This document shows positions 13,476-26,957 of a DNA stretch of 64,000 nucleotides, piece after piece. Source of the stretch: Octopus vulgaris (taxonomy: Eukaryota); the NCBI GenBank assembly GCA_951406725.2, contig OX597833.1:68138001-68202000 (forward strand), given 5' to 3'. The position numbers and the translations under genes were made by a program. The notes under the pieces were generated by a model. It had not been told where the DNA came from, made no database searches, and saw only the letters and a program-made list of their open reading frames with translations. Numbering within the stretch: the stretch's first letter is position 1; the number at the start of each line of letters is the position of its first letter.

Positions 13476-13583
13476 TATACAGAGAGAGTGAGAAAGAGAG
13501 ACACATATGTATATACGTACTAGTACGTCTATCTTTACCTAATCGTAAACATATGCATATTCAGACATATGTAAATATATATA

Positions 13584-13932
13584 GGCGCAGGAGTGGCTGT
13601 GTGGTAAGTAGCTTGCTTACCAACCACATGGTTTGGGTTCTGTCCTACTGCGTGCCACCTTGGGCAAGTGTCTGCTACTATAGCCTCGAGTCGACAAAAC
13701 CCTGTGAGTGGATTTGGTAGATGGAAACTGAAAGAAGAGTGTGTGTATATGTTTGTGTGTGTGTCCTCCACAAACATCGCTTGACAACCGATGCTGGTGT
13801 GTATACGTCCCCGTAACTTAGCGGTTCGGCCAAAATGACCGATAGCTTACAAATAATATGTCCAGGGGTCGATTTGCGCGACTAAAGGCGGTGCTCCATC
13901 AAAATGACTGAAACAAGTAAAAGAATAAAAGA
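13584..13932 (+). mobile_element. SINE family A
   Basis: Collinear with 1766-2169 with small deletions. Confidence 0.9.
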
Positions 13933-13966
13933 AGGTATTATGTATATATGTGTCAATATATACGTT

Positions 13967-14006
<40 letters not shown>

Positions 14007-14008
<2 letters not shown>

Positions 14009-14231
14009 CTCTTTTACTCTTTTACTTGTTTCAGTCATTTGACTGCGGCCATGCTGGAGCACCACCTTTAGTCGAGCAAATCGACCCCGGTGCTTGTTCT
14101 CTGTAAGCTCAGTACTTATTCTATCGGTCTCTTTTTGCCGAACTGCTAAGTGACAGAGACGTAAACACACCAGCATCGGTTGTCAAGCGATGGTGGGGGG
14201 GAAAAACACAGACACACAAACATATACACAC

Positions 14232-14290
<59 letters not shown>

Positions 14291-14450
14291 GACATAGACA
14301 TACATACACGACAGGCTTCTTTCAGTTTCCGTCTACCAAATCCACTCACAAGGCATTGGTCGGCCCGAGGCTATAGCAGAAGATACTTGCACAAGATGCC
14401 ACGCAGTGGGACTGAACCCGGAAACATGTGGTTGGTAAGCAAGCTACTTA

Positions 14451-14453
<3 letters not shown>
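14007..14453 (-). mobile_element. SINE family A lacking the first ~15 nt
   Basis: Reverse complement collinear with 1766-2169; expanded internal (TA)n. Confidence 0.92.
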
Positions 14454-14488
<35 letters not shown>

Positions 14489-14557
14489 CTGTATGTAAGT
14501 ATCTGTCTGTCTATAGCTATTATATACACATACATAAGCATATGTACGTATGTCTGC

Positions 14558-14593
<36 letters not shown>

Positions 14594-15131
14594 GGGGAGG
14601 GGGCAGAGTGAAAATCCGGTCGATCTTATCGTTGTCTTCCATCAATCAAATACCAATATAATAATGACCCACTAATTACTTCAGTCGATTCCACAGATTG
14701 GTAATCTCCCCTCCACACACATTTACACCAAATTAACAGCTTTGTTTTGTTCTTAATAATCAATACACTTCCCAATATTCTGTCGAGTTTCACTTAAGTT
14801 TCAAGAACACATTTTTCGCTTCATATCGCAACTAATGGACAAGAAATTTATCGGTTGAATTTTTTTAATAGGCCAACCGGTGTTTTGCTGCGTTTTTGCC
14901 ATGAAAGAATAACTTGGAAGCGTATTCGTCTTGGCACGAGATCAAATAGTGCTCGTAGCATTGTGCGGATATGCACTTGTTTTGGCGTTCTTGTTTTCTA
15001 AAATCTTTGAGGATTCTTCTCTGATAAACATTGCCCGGCCGCACCAAAACACGAAACCAGACACTTATACTCATATGGACTCCCAAAATCACATACTTAC
15101 AAGTGTGTGTATACATATATATATATATATA

Positions 15132-15519
15132 CGAGCAAAACGCCATCCGTCCAATGGACGGTGCTGCGTTGTCAAACATTTAAAGCAAATGTTCTCAAAA
15201 CTACTTTCTGACCTCCCGATAGGCCTTCGCTTTGAGAAACACTGATTTAACCTCAATTTGAGACACCAGCAAAAGAAGAAATAACGATAGACTTTTTTCT
15301 ATTCCAAGAAAAACAATGTTACAAATGCACGTTCCCACGGCTTTATCGATCGCATTCTCACGTGGAATCTATTTTTGTAATTCTTTCAAAACTTATACAC
15401 GCTTTAATACCGTCGGTATCTACATATCAAATTTGAGTGCAATCGGGTGGAGGATGCTCGAGATCCTAGAAGACACACAGACAGAACTGATTGCATATAA
15501 TGGATATATAAAACTTAGA
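15132..15519 (-). mobile_element. Probable non-autonomous Helitron family 2
   Basis: Perfect hairpin CCGTCC-AAT-GGACGG about 15 bp from a CTCG|T (degenerate CTAG|T) end; other end A|TC; Helitron-like ACACACAGACAG subterminal motif; contains a ~60 bp hAT-like piece (CAAATGTTCTCAAA...TTTGAGAAACACTG). Confidence 0.45.
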
Positions 15520-16876
15520 TATGTTTCGACCAATGATTGGTCCAGGCCATAAGTACCTCCCGTCGATTCGATATGACGGTTGTCCGGTTCATGAAACACC
15601 ATGACGCTTACACATTGAAAGGAATAATTGTGTTCATCATGAAGCTGTATCAGCGTATGTTATGTTCAAAACATTTTACACTTACACTTCTTAACAATCA
15701 CTCACTTTACTACACTCACTGCATCTCTATCTTTCTGCTTCTCTATATTCACTTTGCGTATGTTTAGTTATGTTTCCTCCCTAACTTATTTACTTAAATA
15801 ATATATCGTTGTTAAAAGGGTTAACTCTCATGATAACAAGACACAGCTATTAAATATCCTTTCATATCTCCCCGTTTATTCAATCCATCGCTCAAGTTTA
15901 TCGATCCGCTATATTTATCTGCACATGCATGACATTGATATTTATCGTGCATCCATTTGAAATATTTGTAGGAAACCCATGTAATTGTTTAATGAATATC
16001 CTGTTCAACTCAATAAACGGAGTCACCAACATAGCGTGAAAGAAGGATTTCTAAACATGCTCCTACGCCTATAAATTCCATTAAAAAAAACCCAAACACT
16101 TAAACGACAAAACCATTTTTCTGCATACAAATTTTATGAATTTATTAGGTTTATAAATTCTATAAAATCTGCGATGCAATATGCATATTCTTAGTTCCGC
16201 TTTAAAAATATTATTAGTATATGGGGTAATAATGCTATACATGCATCTCTCCTGCTTTTCGCCAGTTTTTGCTAAACCGGACACGCTCCAGTTTTAGGGG
16301 TATATCGAAAAGGATATTAAAGTGAAAAGCGGTAGTAAATTATTAAGATATACTTTTAAAATATTTATGAATTTCTTATGAAATATTCATGCTTTTATTC
16401 CCTAGTGATATGGTGAGGAAATTCCCAAACAATATCTCAAGCATTCTGAGACTTCGTAGATCAATAATTTTATGTTCTGCATCCATATCTAAAATTCATT
16501 CAATGTTGGTAAGAATCCGTAACTTCCATTGAAATGTCAGTTCAGTAGCAATGCTACAAGAAGGCTCAAAATTCTATGTCGGAATGGCTTGAGTAAATGT
16601 GCTTTGCTTTCAAATAGTTCACAATAAAGGAGTGAGAGTCTACGGTGGCGAAAACTGTGACAGTTAAACATAACATTTATATCCTTTCTGCTTAGGTTGG
16701 CCGGAATTTGTAGAGGGTTCTTCAGTGGGTCAAGGCGTGGTGAGTGGGACGATATTGCATTGGATTTTCACATTGCTGATTTTGAGAATGTCTGCAAAGA
16801 CTGTCAGATATTGTAGCAGAATGCGTGTGCTGTCCTATCATAATTTTTGGATGTATAAAGAATTTTGCTTGTCAGT

Positions 16877-17398
16877 CACATCGTCCCGGGCTCGGTGCCC
16901 TTTCGTGGCACCTTGAGTAGTGTCTTCTAGTCTGGTCTCTAGCCTACCAAAGACTTGTGAAGAGATTTCGTAGACGGAGTACCCTGTCGTGTGTGTTAGT
17001 GTATGTTGTGTGTGTGTATATATATATTTTTGTGTATGCGCCTGTGTGGTGGTGGAGAGTGTACCTGTGTTTGTATCCCACTACTACTTGACAACTGTTG
17101 TTGGTATGTTTAAAGCTGCGAGCTGGCAGAAACGTTAGCACGTCGGGCGAAATGCGTAGCCGTATTTCGTCTGTCATTACGTTGTGAGTTCAAATTCCGC
17201 CGAGGTCAACTTTGCCTTTCATCCTTTCGGGGTCGATAAATTAAGTACCAGTTACGCACTGGGGTCGATGTAATCGACTTAATGCCTATGTCTGTCCTGG
17301 TTTGTCGCCTCTATGTTTAGCCCCTTGTGGGTAATAAAGAAATAGGTATGTTTACGTCCGTGTAAGTTACCAATTCTGTAAAAGAACCTAATGAATCA
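16877..17398 (+). mobile_element. Old SINE A interrupted by a SINE B insertion
   Basis: SINE A head/body 16877-17112; body resumes at 17345 (GGTATGTTTACGTCCG...). Confidence 0.7.
17113..17344 (+). mobile_element. tRNA-derived SINE family B (tail B1) with 10-bp TSD
   Basis: GCGAGCTGGCAGAAACGTTAGCAC...GAGTTCAAATTCC...TTTGCCTTTCATCCTTTCGGGGTCGATAAATTAAGTACCAG; TSD GGTATGTTTA at 17103-17112 and 17345-17354. Confidence 0.9.
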
Positions 17399-17779
17399 AT
17401 TTCCACTGCCCCTACATATCCGCACCCAAATTTAGTGAAAAAGTAAAATATAATGTGTATATATGTGCCTGTTACTGTTATAGTTTTAATGTCCATATCT
17501 CCATACTTCCAGAGCTGGATGGAGTTTACTAAAGTGGATTTTCAGTGGCCACATACACGTCCTCCTCGTCCCCAGCCCTCATTTGATACCAGCCACGGTA
17601 CTTTGTTTTTCCGATGACCAACAGACATCTTTCTGCAGAATATTGAAAATGGAAAAAATACTGCATATATGACCGTAACAAGCTTTTGGTTTTCAGATGT
17701 ATCAAGCAAAATGAGGACAAGAATATGTAACAAGCAAAGAAATGCATTGCGCCTGCTTTACTTTTCCTTTTCTAAATGC

Positions 17780-17905
17780 TCATTAAACGCTCTGGTCAGT
17801 CCGGGACGGCAGCAAAAGTCCCCAGCGCAAGGTTTCATGCAGTGGGGGTAGAACCTTAAACAATGTGATTAAGAAACAATTCTCTCAGTCACGCTGGCAC
17901 CTACA
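17780..17905 (-). mobile_element. Highly diverged SINE A head
   Basis: CAAGGTTTCATGCAGTGGGGTAGAACC..ATGTGATT resembles the reverse complement of the SINE A head. Confidence 0.45.
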
Positions 17906-17999
17906 GACAAACACGCGTACACATACCACAAGCCTTTCCCCCATATATATATATATATATATATAGACACTCACACGCATATATATGTATGTATATATA

Positions 18000-18157
18000 C
18001 ATGTTTTTCTCTCCTTGTTTCTTTCTGTGTCCCTTTCCGTGAAAGAGCGTAGGCTCGAAACGTAAAAGAATTTTTCTATTCCTTAGCGTTATACTAATAC
18101 ATCTGTTTGTTTTGTACACCACCTGTCTACGTCTTATGTTTTTTTTTCGTAAAATCT

Positions 18158-18160
<3 letters not shown>
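18000..18160 (+). mobile_element. (TA)n-embedded hammerhead-bearing element, subfamily D1
   Basis: Fold CTTT-CCGTGAA-A-GAGC(GTAG)GCTC-GAAA-CG-TA-AAAG at 18033-18068; 3' end abuts (TA)n. Confidence 0.8.
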
Positions 18161-18198
<38 letters not shown>

Positions 18199-18303
18199 TT
18201 TAAATAATGAGGGAGATAAATTGAATATTAATTTAATTAATATCAATTTAAAACCAGTAGCCTAGCATACAAAAATCTGAAAAATCAGAGAAAATTCTAA
18301 TAC

Positions 18304-18407
18304 GTGTATATTTAAAGGACAAGACCACTAGGTAGTCGGACGTATGCTAGAAACAGATCTATTTCTAGCATATGGCCGACTAGTGGTCTTGCCCTTTGAA
18401 TATACAC
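18304..18407. repeat. Spacer-less palindrome / fold-back
   Basis: Arms 18304-18357 and 18358-18407 match 45/50 plus a 4-nt bulge; centre AGATCT. Confidence 0.85.
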
Positions 18408-18558
18408 ATGTGTGTGTATATATATATATATATGTGTGTATATATATGTGTGTGTATATATATATATGTGTATATATGTATGTGTATGTATATATATATA
18501 TATATATATATGTGTATATATATGTGTATATATATATATGTGTATATGTGTATATATA

Positions 18559-18589
<31 letters not shown>

Positions 18590-18718
18590 GTGTATATATA
18601 TACACATATATATATGTATATATGTGTATATATATACATATATACATATATATATATATGTGTATATAAATATATATGTGTATATATATACACATATATA
18701 TATGTGTATATATGTGTA

Positions 18719-18765
<47 letters not shown>

Positions 18766-18827
18766 ATATATATACATATATATATATAATGTGTATATAT
18801 ATATGTGTATATATATATACATATATA

Positions 18828-18899
<72 letters not shown>

Positions 18900-18906
18900 G
18901 TGTGTA

Positions 18907-18956
<50 letters not shown>

Positions 18957-18969
18957 GTGTGTGTGTGTG
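18408..18969. repeat. Long compound (TA)n/(TG)n microsatellite
   Basis: Direct inspection. Confidence 0.9.
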
Positions 18970-19588
18970 ATGATTAAGCATATAAAGTATACATATATTA
19001 TTGGACAATGGTGTGGAGCATTAACAACAATTTAGAAGAGAAAAAAAGCAGCAACAAATCGTGAAAGACAATTCTTTCGCAAATTGCTCCCAATTAATTT
19101 AATTATGAATTACATATTACCACATTTGTAAAGACATCCAGAAAAATATTGATATTAGTTACATTAAACATTATTATGCCATTAATTGTACAGCATTTGT
19201 TAACACCATTGTAGTTAGCTCATCGATGTACGAAGTCTAAAAGAGGATCTGACGCAGCAATTTTGTTCTTGACTCACTGGCATCGCTAATTCGACGCTGA
19301 CATGTTTGACATGAAACTTTACGTATCCGTGAAAATTTAGTACCGTGAAAATATTTATCATAGTCTCTAACTTTATTTTTCCCATTCTTTCCCTCTCTAT
19401 CTCTTTCTTCTTTCTCTCTCGTTCTCTCTCTCCCTCGTTCTCTCTCTCTCTCTCTCTCTCTCTGTGAACCTATTTCTTTTCGTGCCTTCGAAGAGAGCGA
19501 CCGCGTTGATGTCAATCGGCATCACAAATAAATTGTAATTTCTCTTTCCGTCTCTACCTTTCATTCTCTCTCTCTCACTCTCTCTCAC

Positions 19589-19625
<37 letters not shown>

Positions 19626-19924
19626 ACGCATCTATCTCTATTTCTCATGCAAGCATGCGCGTGTGTGTTTACTTCCACTGCCAAAAATTCCTTCGCCAAA
19701 ATAGTTTCAATGCCGAACATTTAACCGTGCCAAAACGCCTGCATCCAAGTAACAGCGTTGAATTCTCTCGCTCCTCTCCAAGAACATGTACCTAATTTAT
19801 TTGCTACGTAAATTCTTGATATATTTATCAAACCACTGTTACTGAACATGTCAAAGGAACTTTTAAAATATTGAAACAATGTCAATTTTTATCATTCCCT
19901 GTTTATATGGAAGTATTTTATGAA

Positions 19925-19953
19925 TTTTTTCTTTTCTTTTTTTTCAGGTAAGT
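19925..19953 (+). promoter_or_regulatory. Candidate recursive splice site (zero-length exon)
   Basis: TTTTTTCTTTTCTTTTTTTT-CAG|GTAAGT: 20-nt pure polypyrimidine tract, CAG acceptor 19945-19947, perfect donor 19948-19953. Confidence 0.55.
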
Positions 19954-20401
19954 CCAATTGTTTTACTCAGGTGTTACTGCAAGCCTCTGTGAGTCTATTT
20001 ACTTTTATTTTTTATTTCTATTTACTTTTTGTTTTTTATCAGTTGCTTTCACTGTTTCTTAAATGTATTGCAGCATGTTACCACATTTGTGAATTGAAAT
20101 CAAATATTTTATTTAATACGCTATACATACATACATTCATACATATATATATATATATATTATAAAATGAGATAGGGGTTGAAAAATTCAACCCACCATG
20201 GGATAACATATATCCAATATACTTTGTATATATATTTATATATATTTGTATATATAAATATATATATTTTGTATAATGCCTTTACTGATATGTAATGGTG
20301 TAATAAAGTATTGATTGGGTATCATCTGATAGTTGATGGTTTATTGATTTAAGTATGTTTCTCCATTTTCTAATTTTGTAGTATATATATATATATATAT
20401 A

Positions 20402-20580
20402 AAAAATGCAGATTTTTTTTCCTGAGAGTTGCCAAAAACTTCCTGTCTGCCTCCATTTATTCCCGTATTGAATGTTTTGGTTAATGGTCATCTCAGGTTA
20501 TCTTTATTATATTTTAATTAGGATATTTCAAATAGTTTGGTAGTATCGTTTTCTTTTAGGGTCCAAGTTTTTAATCCAAA
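20402..20580 (-). mobile_element. RTE-clade LINE ORF C-terminal relic
   Basis: Translation with one frameshift: GLKTWTLKENDTTKLFEIS..IIKIT*DDH..IRE*MEADRKFLATLRKKNLHF, resembling RTE 'YGxETWTL..FE..ILRISWxDH..LLxTIRKRKLxF'. Confidence 0.55.
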
Positions 20581-21381
20581 TTCACAAAAACACACCTGGT
20601 GCAGGTGTATGTATATGTTAGTTGACATTTCGATGCATGATCATTTTTAAAAATGTTATGAATACATATTGTAGAGTTTCTAAGAATATGCCAAGTTTAA
20701 GTTCCAATCTAAACTATTCCAGAACTTCTATTGACAATTTTTCTACAGCACAAAGTGGTAACACGAAACCAAATTAAAAACCTCAGCACTATCCATTTAT
20801 TTGTCTATCTACACTTATGTATATGTGCACATACACGCATATACACACCTATATATTCTTCCCATGTGTGCACAAACATTACTGCATTCATATATGCACA
20901 TGTGTGTCTGTGACAGAAAGTATGTTTCCAGATACATTTACAAAAAAATATTTCTTAACTTTATTTTCTTTTAATTTCAAGAAATTTCAAAATTTGTACA
21001 ATGGAAGACTTTCCATAACTTGGAATTGATTGAGACGAAATCAGCAATAGAAATTAGAAACTAAATCGATATTTAATAAATAAAGAAGAAATATCTGAAA
21101 TTCGAATTCAGATCAATAAAGATGAATATCTAAAATTTCATGATTTTTGTTAGATTTTCCTGGTTTCTTTTTGCTGTTATTTTGAACCAGCTTTTAGTTT
21201 ATAAAATATTTCTAGTGTTATTGATTTGAAATTTAACACTGGAAATATTGGAAAACAAAAGAAAATGGATTCGAAAACAACATTTTGTTTACCGGTATAC
21301 ACATATACATAGAGAGATGGTAATAAATACCGATACACACACATAAATACAGATAAACATTGGTGTGAAGTGTGTATGCAT

Positions 21382-21453
<72 letters not shown>

Positions 21454-21783
21454 GTGTGCGTGGGTAGGAGATTTGTATGATGTCGTAAGAATTTAGAAAT
21501 TGAGAGAACATGAAAGAAATCCTTTTTAGAACGGTGAATCGGGAAGCAGATGAAGCTATAAAAATTTACGTGTAAAGATACTTTGTTGCTCACATTTATG
21601 TGATCTAGTATCTCCAGATTGGAGAACCAATCAAAACTTATATTTCAATAGAAAATATGATTAATAAAATATGGATATTTTTCATTAATTAAATTCATCC
21701 CTGCTCAACATTTCATTAGTGAAATATTTTAAAGTCTGAAATGTTTCCTTTGATGTAATCAGAAGTCCTTGAAATACAGAACT

Positions 21784-21862
<79 letters not shown>

Positions 21863-24800
21863 CAAATTGTCGCTTATAGTGCTGACATGAACCTGAAAGT
21901 AATTGCAATGTAGGAAATGGTCACTCATGCCTAATCGTAGGGTTAATTAGTAGATTTCAGTTTCCGTAAATTTATCTGTTAATTAAATCCGTTGGTGTAA
22001 TTGGTGTTAATTAAATCCGTTGGTGTAGTTTGAAAATTCACCATTACAAATAGGTCTCAACATGCATCACATTGTCAGTAATATACTGCGAAATCCTTTT
22101 ATTGAAAGCTTTCAACAAATGTTAAAATTTAGTTAATTCTCTTTTTGTTCTTAATACCGAATTATTACAACATAAGCATGAACGTCAAATGTGTTTTTCT
22201 AATGCTTTCATCTTACTTTTGTTTCATTTTTCTTATGCTTTCATTTTCCTTTGGTGGAGACACGCTGGTTTGTGGAATTGAACATGCTAACTTGTAAATT
22301 AAAGTTTTCTTAAAGTTATTCCTCTTCTCCTTTACGTTTTCAAGTTTTCTTCAACCCCACAGTTTGAATCGGTTGGCCATAGTGATCACTGCCACATTTA
22401 TAAATTAAATATGTATCTCATAGTGTGTAAGCTGTAGATATCACAATGAAGAAATTTTCTCTGCTGATTCACAAGACGCTGTTCTCTACACTCATTAACA
22501 GAGAACCTACTGTGTGTAATTGCGGCAGAGAAGAGCAGAACAAATATTAGACACCTTAATTTGTCAAGTAAATATGTTTAGCGTAAGGGACAACTTGAAT
22601 CTGTCAACCTCTGATTAATGACTTTCCACCTTTTCTATCTTCTCTGTCGGTTCTCATTTCTATATTAATGAATCTAGAACACCGTTATCGAGTTTTCTTT
22701 TCCATAGTGTTCAATTAAAAGAGTATGTAGCTGCTAATCTTAGCAGGTCAAGAAATCACTTATCTTTCATTAAATGTTAACTAAAGACGCATTTTATCGG
22801 AAGTAACGTTTCTTATGCTGGTAACCGAACAACTCAAAGATTCCATTTAAGCGTAGATGATTCTAAAATAATCGCTAGTATATATACACTTGAATTGACA
22901 ACAGCAAAAAAAAAAAAAATGTCTATGAAATATAACACAATCACTATAATCTAAGAACTAAACATATTATTTTGATTTTTTTTTTAACAAAGAAGCTACA
23001 TTGTCAACTTTAGATTTGCTGAAGGCTATCTTACGCTACATTGTTCAAAACACATTTGGAATTATATAAGTTTTCTCGATTTAGTTACAAACCAGCTATT
23101 ATAGAGTTAAATGTTTATTTCTCTTACCCAATGCGATTCTCGGTCGAGCTTTGAACTATGATCGAAAATATTTCTCTTAAGATCATCCTATCACTTTAAG
23201 AGTATCTTTCAATACATCATCGGACGTATTCTCTCATCTTTTGTTTCCTGCACAAGTTTTGAAGCTATTTTCTTGTTATTTCTAGCAGGCCATGTGTCCT
23301 AGATATTGTTTATAATAACAGATCCAACTGTTGTTGTTGTTGTTGTTCCTGTCGATATTGTTATTATCCTCTTAAGCATCTTAATTTTTATGATATTTTC
23401 GAAGGCTTCTTACATTTAATGTATTGCTTTAGGGAACGTTGTGTTTCTGCTGTTGTTGTTGTTACTATTACAAATTCGCTATTGCCTTTGTTGATCGTTT
23501 AATTTTCTTTGGCATTTCACCTTAACAGATATGCTTTTGAGAAGATTCCACCATTGTAGCCACCAAAACTACATACAATCTTATAGAGATCGCTACGCTT
23601 TCAACATCAAAGAACAGTACAAACTCTTAGACCTTATTTGCTCATAACAACACAAATATTTCCGTAAAGAAAGTAATATACATGAACTACGCAATCGCGA
23701 TCACGCACAAGCAATATAATACCAATAAAATTGCAATATAATAACATACCTTCTTCCATGCATGCATAGCATTATATTTAAAAACATGAGAATATAAACG
23801 ACAAACATAAAATTATTAAATACATTAAAGGCAGCAAGCTGCAAACATCTGTATACGCCTACACGTATATATAAATATCTGCCAACATATAAATACACTC
23901 CTGCATTTGTGTATATTTATATATATATATATAATTATGTATATGTAAATATATTTATATATGTGTTATGAATTTATAATGATAAGTTTTAGAAGTGGAA
24001 ATTTCCTCTGGGGATTGTAATTATTGTAAACTGTAAAGATTGTTTCGTATTATAAAATTGAGCAATTTTCGGGATAATGATAGTTGTTTCAGGCGGCAGT
24101 ATAACGAAGAGGTAACTTTCCAGTTATCTGGTTGAGTATCAAAGTAACATAGTAATTTTGTGGTTGAAAGGAACGACATTTTAGCGATATACTTCCTGGA
24201 AATAAAATAAAATAAAATAACATAAAATTATAACAGTAAAACAATCGCAAGTATCACAGTTAACGTAAAACAGAAGAATTACTAATTTAATCTTCTTTAA
24301 AACATGAGAGTTTTAACCAAAATCTAGGACTGTTCTTTATACTGAGCGATACACTATTATTATAGAATTATTATTCCGCTCCTCACATTTATTTAATGAT
24401 AATATCTTTATGCTAGAAGAACAAAAATAATGTTAGTCATTCTATAAAGTTTATGAAATTTAAAATTACAAATTCTCTCATAGCGGAGCGGAAGGAGACG
24501 ATACAAAAAACAAAAAACGAAACGAAACAGAATAAATATTATCAAATATAAGATTATGAAAATTTGAATATTTTAAGAGAAATCAAACATACAAACTCAA
24601 ATTAAAAAGGAAAATAAATACTTATAAGTAATGCAAAAATTGAAGAATAATTTACATAAAGAAAAAAATATGGCTTTCGCTCAGGAAGGACGAAACAAAC
24701 AGTGACAAAGCTAATAGAACTAGCCATAACGGCAAAGAGATTAAATATTAATATTTGTATATTTATCTAGTTAGCTCGTTACTAAAATAGTTTCTTGTTA

Positions 24801-25291
24801 TATCTCTTGTTTATTTCTGTTGTGTCACGCTCCAGTGCATCTAATGTCGTTTACGGCGTTAAAATTCACGTCTCGTTCATTTGAAGAAGAAAAAAATTAT
24901 GAGACTGAGAAAAACAAAAATAAAATGAAATAAAATGAATATAAAATTTATATTTGAAAAATTACCATACAAGAAACAATTCCTATCAATATTTCAGTTT
25001 GGTTTTATATTAAATTGATAACGATGTTCAAAATATAATCTGAAACAAAATAATAATAATAGAGGTAATATGTATATACATATACATACATGCGAATGTA
25101 TGTGCATATGCATGTATGTTTATATATTATATATATATAGCTATATAAATATACACACACTATAGATATATATATATACATATACGTATATACAGATTTA
25201 CATATATACAGATATTATATATATATGTATATATATATATACCTATATATATATATACATAATATATCTTTACATATATACAGATATTATA

Positions 25292-25332
<41 letters not shown>

Positions 25333-25342
25333 TACAGATATA

Positions 25343-25412
<70 letters not shown>

Positions 25413-26789
25413 CTATACATATATATATATACATTTATATATATATATATATAAATATACATACATACATGTATAATAATATATATAAACATACACACAC
25501 ATGTATGTATGTATATATTTATATATACACATACACACATACACACATATTTAAGGGCAAGTATTGTTTAAAGAAATTTCAATTTCATCTAATTCAGAAA
25601 CAATTGTGGTAACAACAACTACAATAATAATATTATGAGCAGCAACGACATCTTCACCCAATGATAAAGAACTGGAAATTTAAATGAATGACTAAATAAG
25701 ATAAATACAGGGAAAAAGAAATAATTATTATAAAAACAAAAAATAAATACACTAAAAATATCAAAATCTACAAAACAACAACTACAACAACAGCAAGAAT
25801 ACTGATACTCCTCCTACTACTACTATTAATATTAATAGAATTAATCCAAACTTTAATATGCCTTCATTAATTTTAAGCGAGGTTAGAAAAACATGAATAT
25901 TATTGGTAACTTGAGATTGGATATTTAATTGTAATTCTAGAAAATACTCGTCACGCATCATTGTGAAGGCAATGAGCTGGTAGCATTACTAGTGCGTCGG
26001 ACAAAATGGTTTCGACATCTTACGGTCAAATGCCACATATGATACAACCTTTAGTTAAATTCCGTATCTCTACGACGTAAATAAGAGTGAATATTTCACT
26101 TATAAGCATGCGTTAAATGAGAGGTGATATAAAAAAAAACTTAGTTCAATTAAAAGTAATACACTTTTCACTATGCGCTCACCACTGCCACTACTGACAC
26201 CTCCAACACCCCTATCTCCAACATCACCACCACCATCATTTCTCTCTTTCCTCTCTCTCTCTTCTCCTACTCCTGTCTCTCTCCGCCCTTCTTTTAGCTC
26301 ACCATCAGAACATTATTCCTCTGCTAAAATTATATCTGTAACTCTCCTCTATATCATTACTGCGTTCAACTAAATGTTTTAACCGCGAAATATATATTCT
26401 GTTCCCCCTACCACAAACAATGGACGCTTCTCTAACCCTCTTTTTCACTCTCCGTTTTTATATTTCCCCGTCTTTTTCTTTCTCAGTCTTCACCTTATCC
26501 ATTTTCTCTCTTTTTTCTTTCTCTTCTCTTTCCCTTCAACTAATAACGTGAAAGTTTTACTATTATATTCTCACTATTTCACGTTTCTCTATTTCCCTAT
26601 CCCTCTTTTTCCTGTCCCTCTCTTGCCATCTCTCTTTTTACTCTCCCCGTCTTGTCTCTAATCACGTGAAAGCGTTACTGACGGGCTAAGTAACGTAGTA
26701 ACAAGTAGAATTATTATAAGATTGAAATTACTGTTGATGCATTTAGCTGTTAGTCATTAAAACATCAGACAAAGGTTTTCATGTTATTT

Positions 26790-26950
26790 CTTCCGTTAGC
26801 TCAAATGTTGTAGACGTCGAGTTTGAGTTTCATACTACCGGGGTCAATAACAAATGTACTAGACAAGTACTGGCGTCGATCTAGGCCCCTTCTCTCCAAA
26901 CAACTTGTTGCTTTGGCTCCTCCTCTCCAAAGTATTAGACATTCTTAATA
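26790..26950 (+). mobile_element. Diverged SINE B (tail B2)
   Basis: TTTCATACTACCGGGGTCAATAA...GTACTGGCGTCGATCT...GGCCCCTTCTC. Confidence 0.5.
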
Positions 26951-26957
26951 GTATTAT

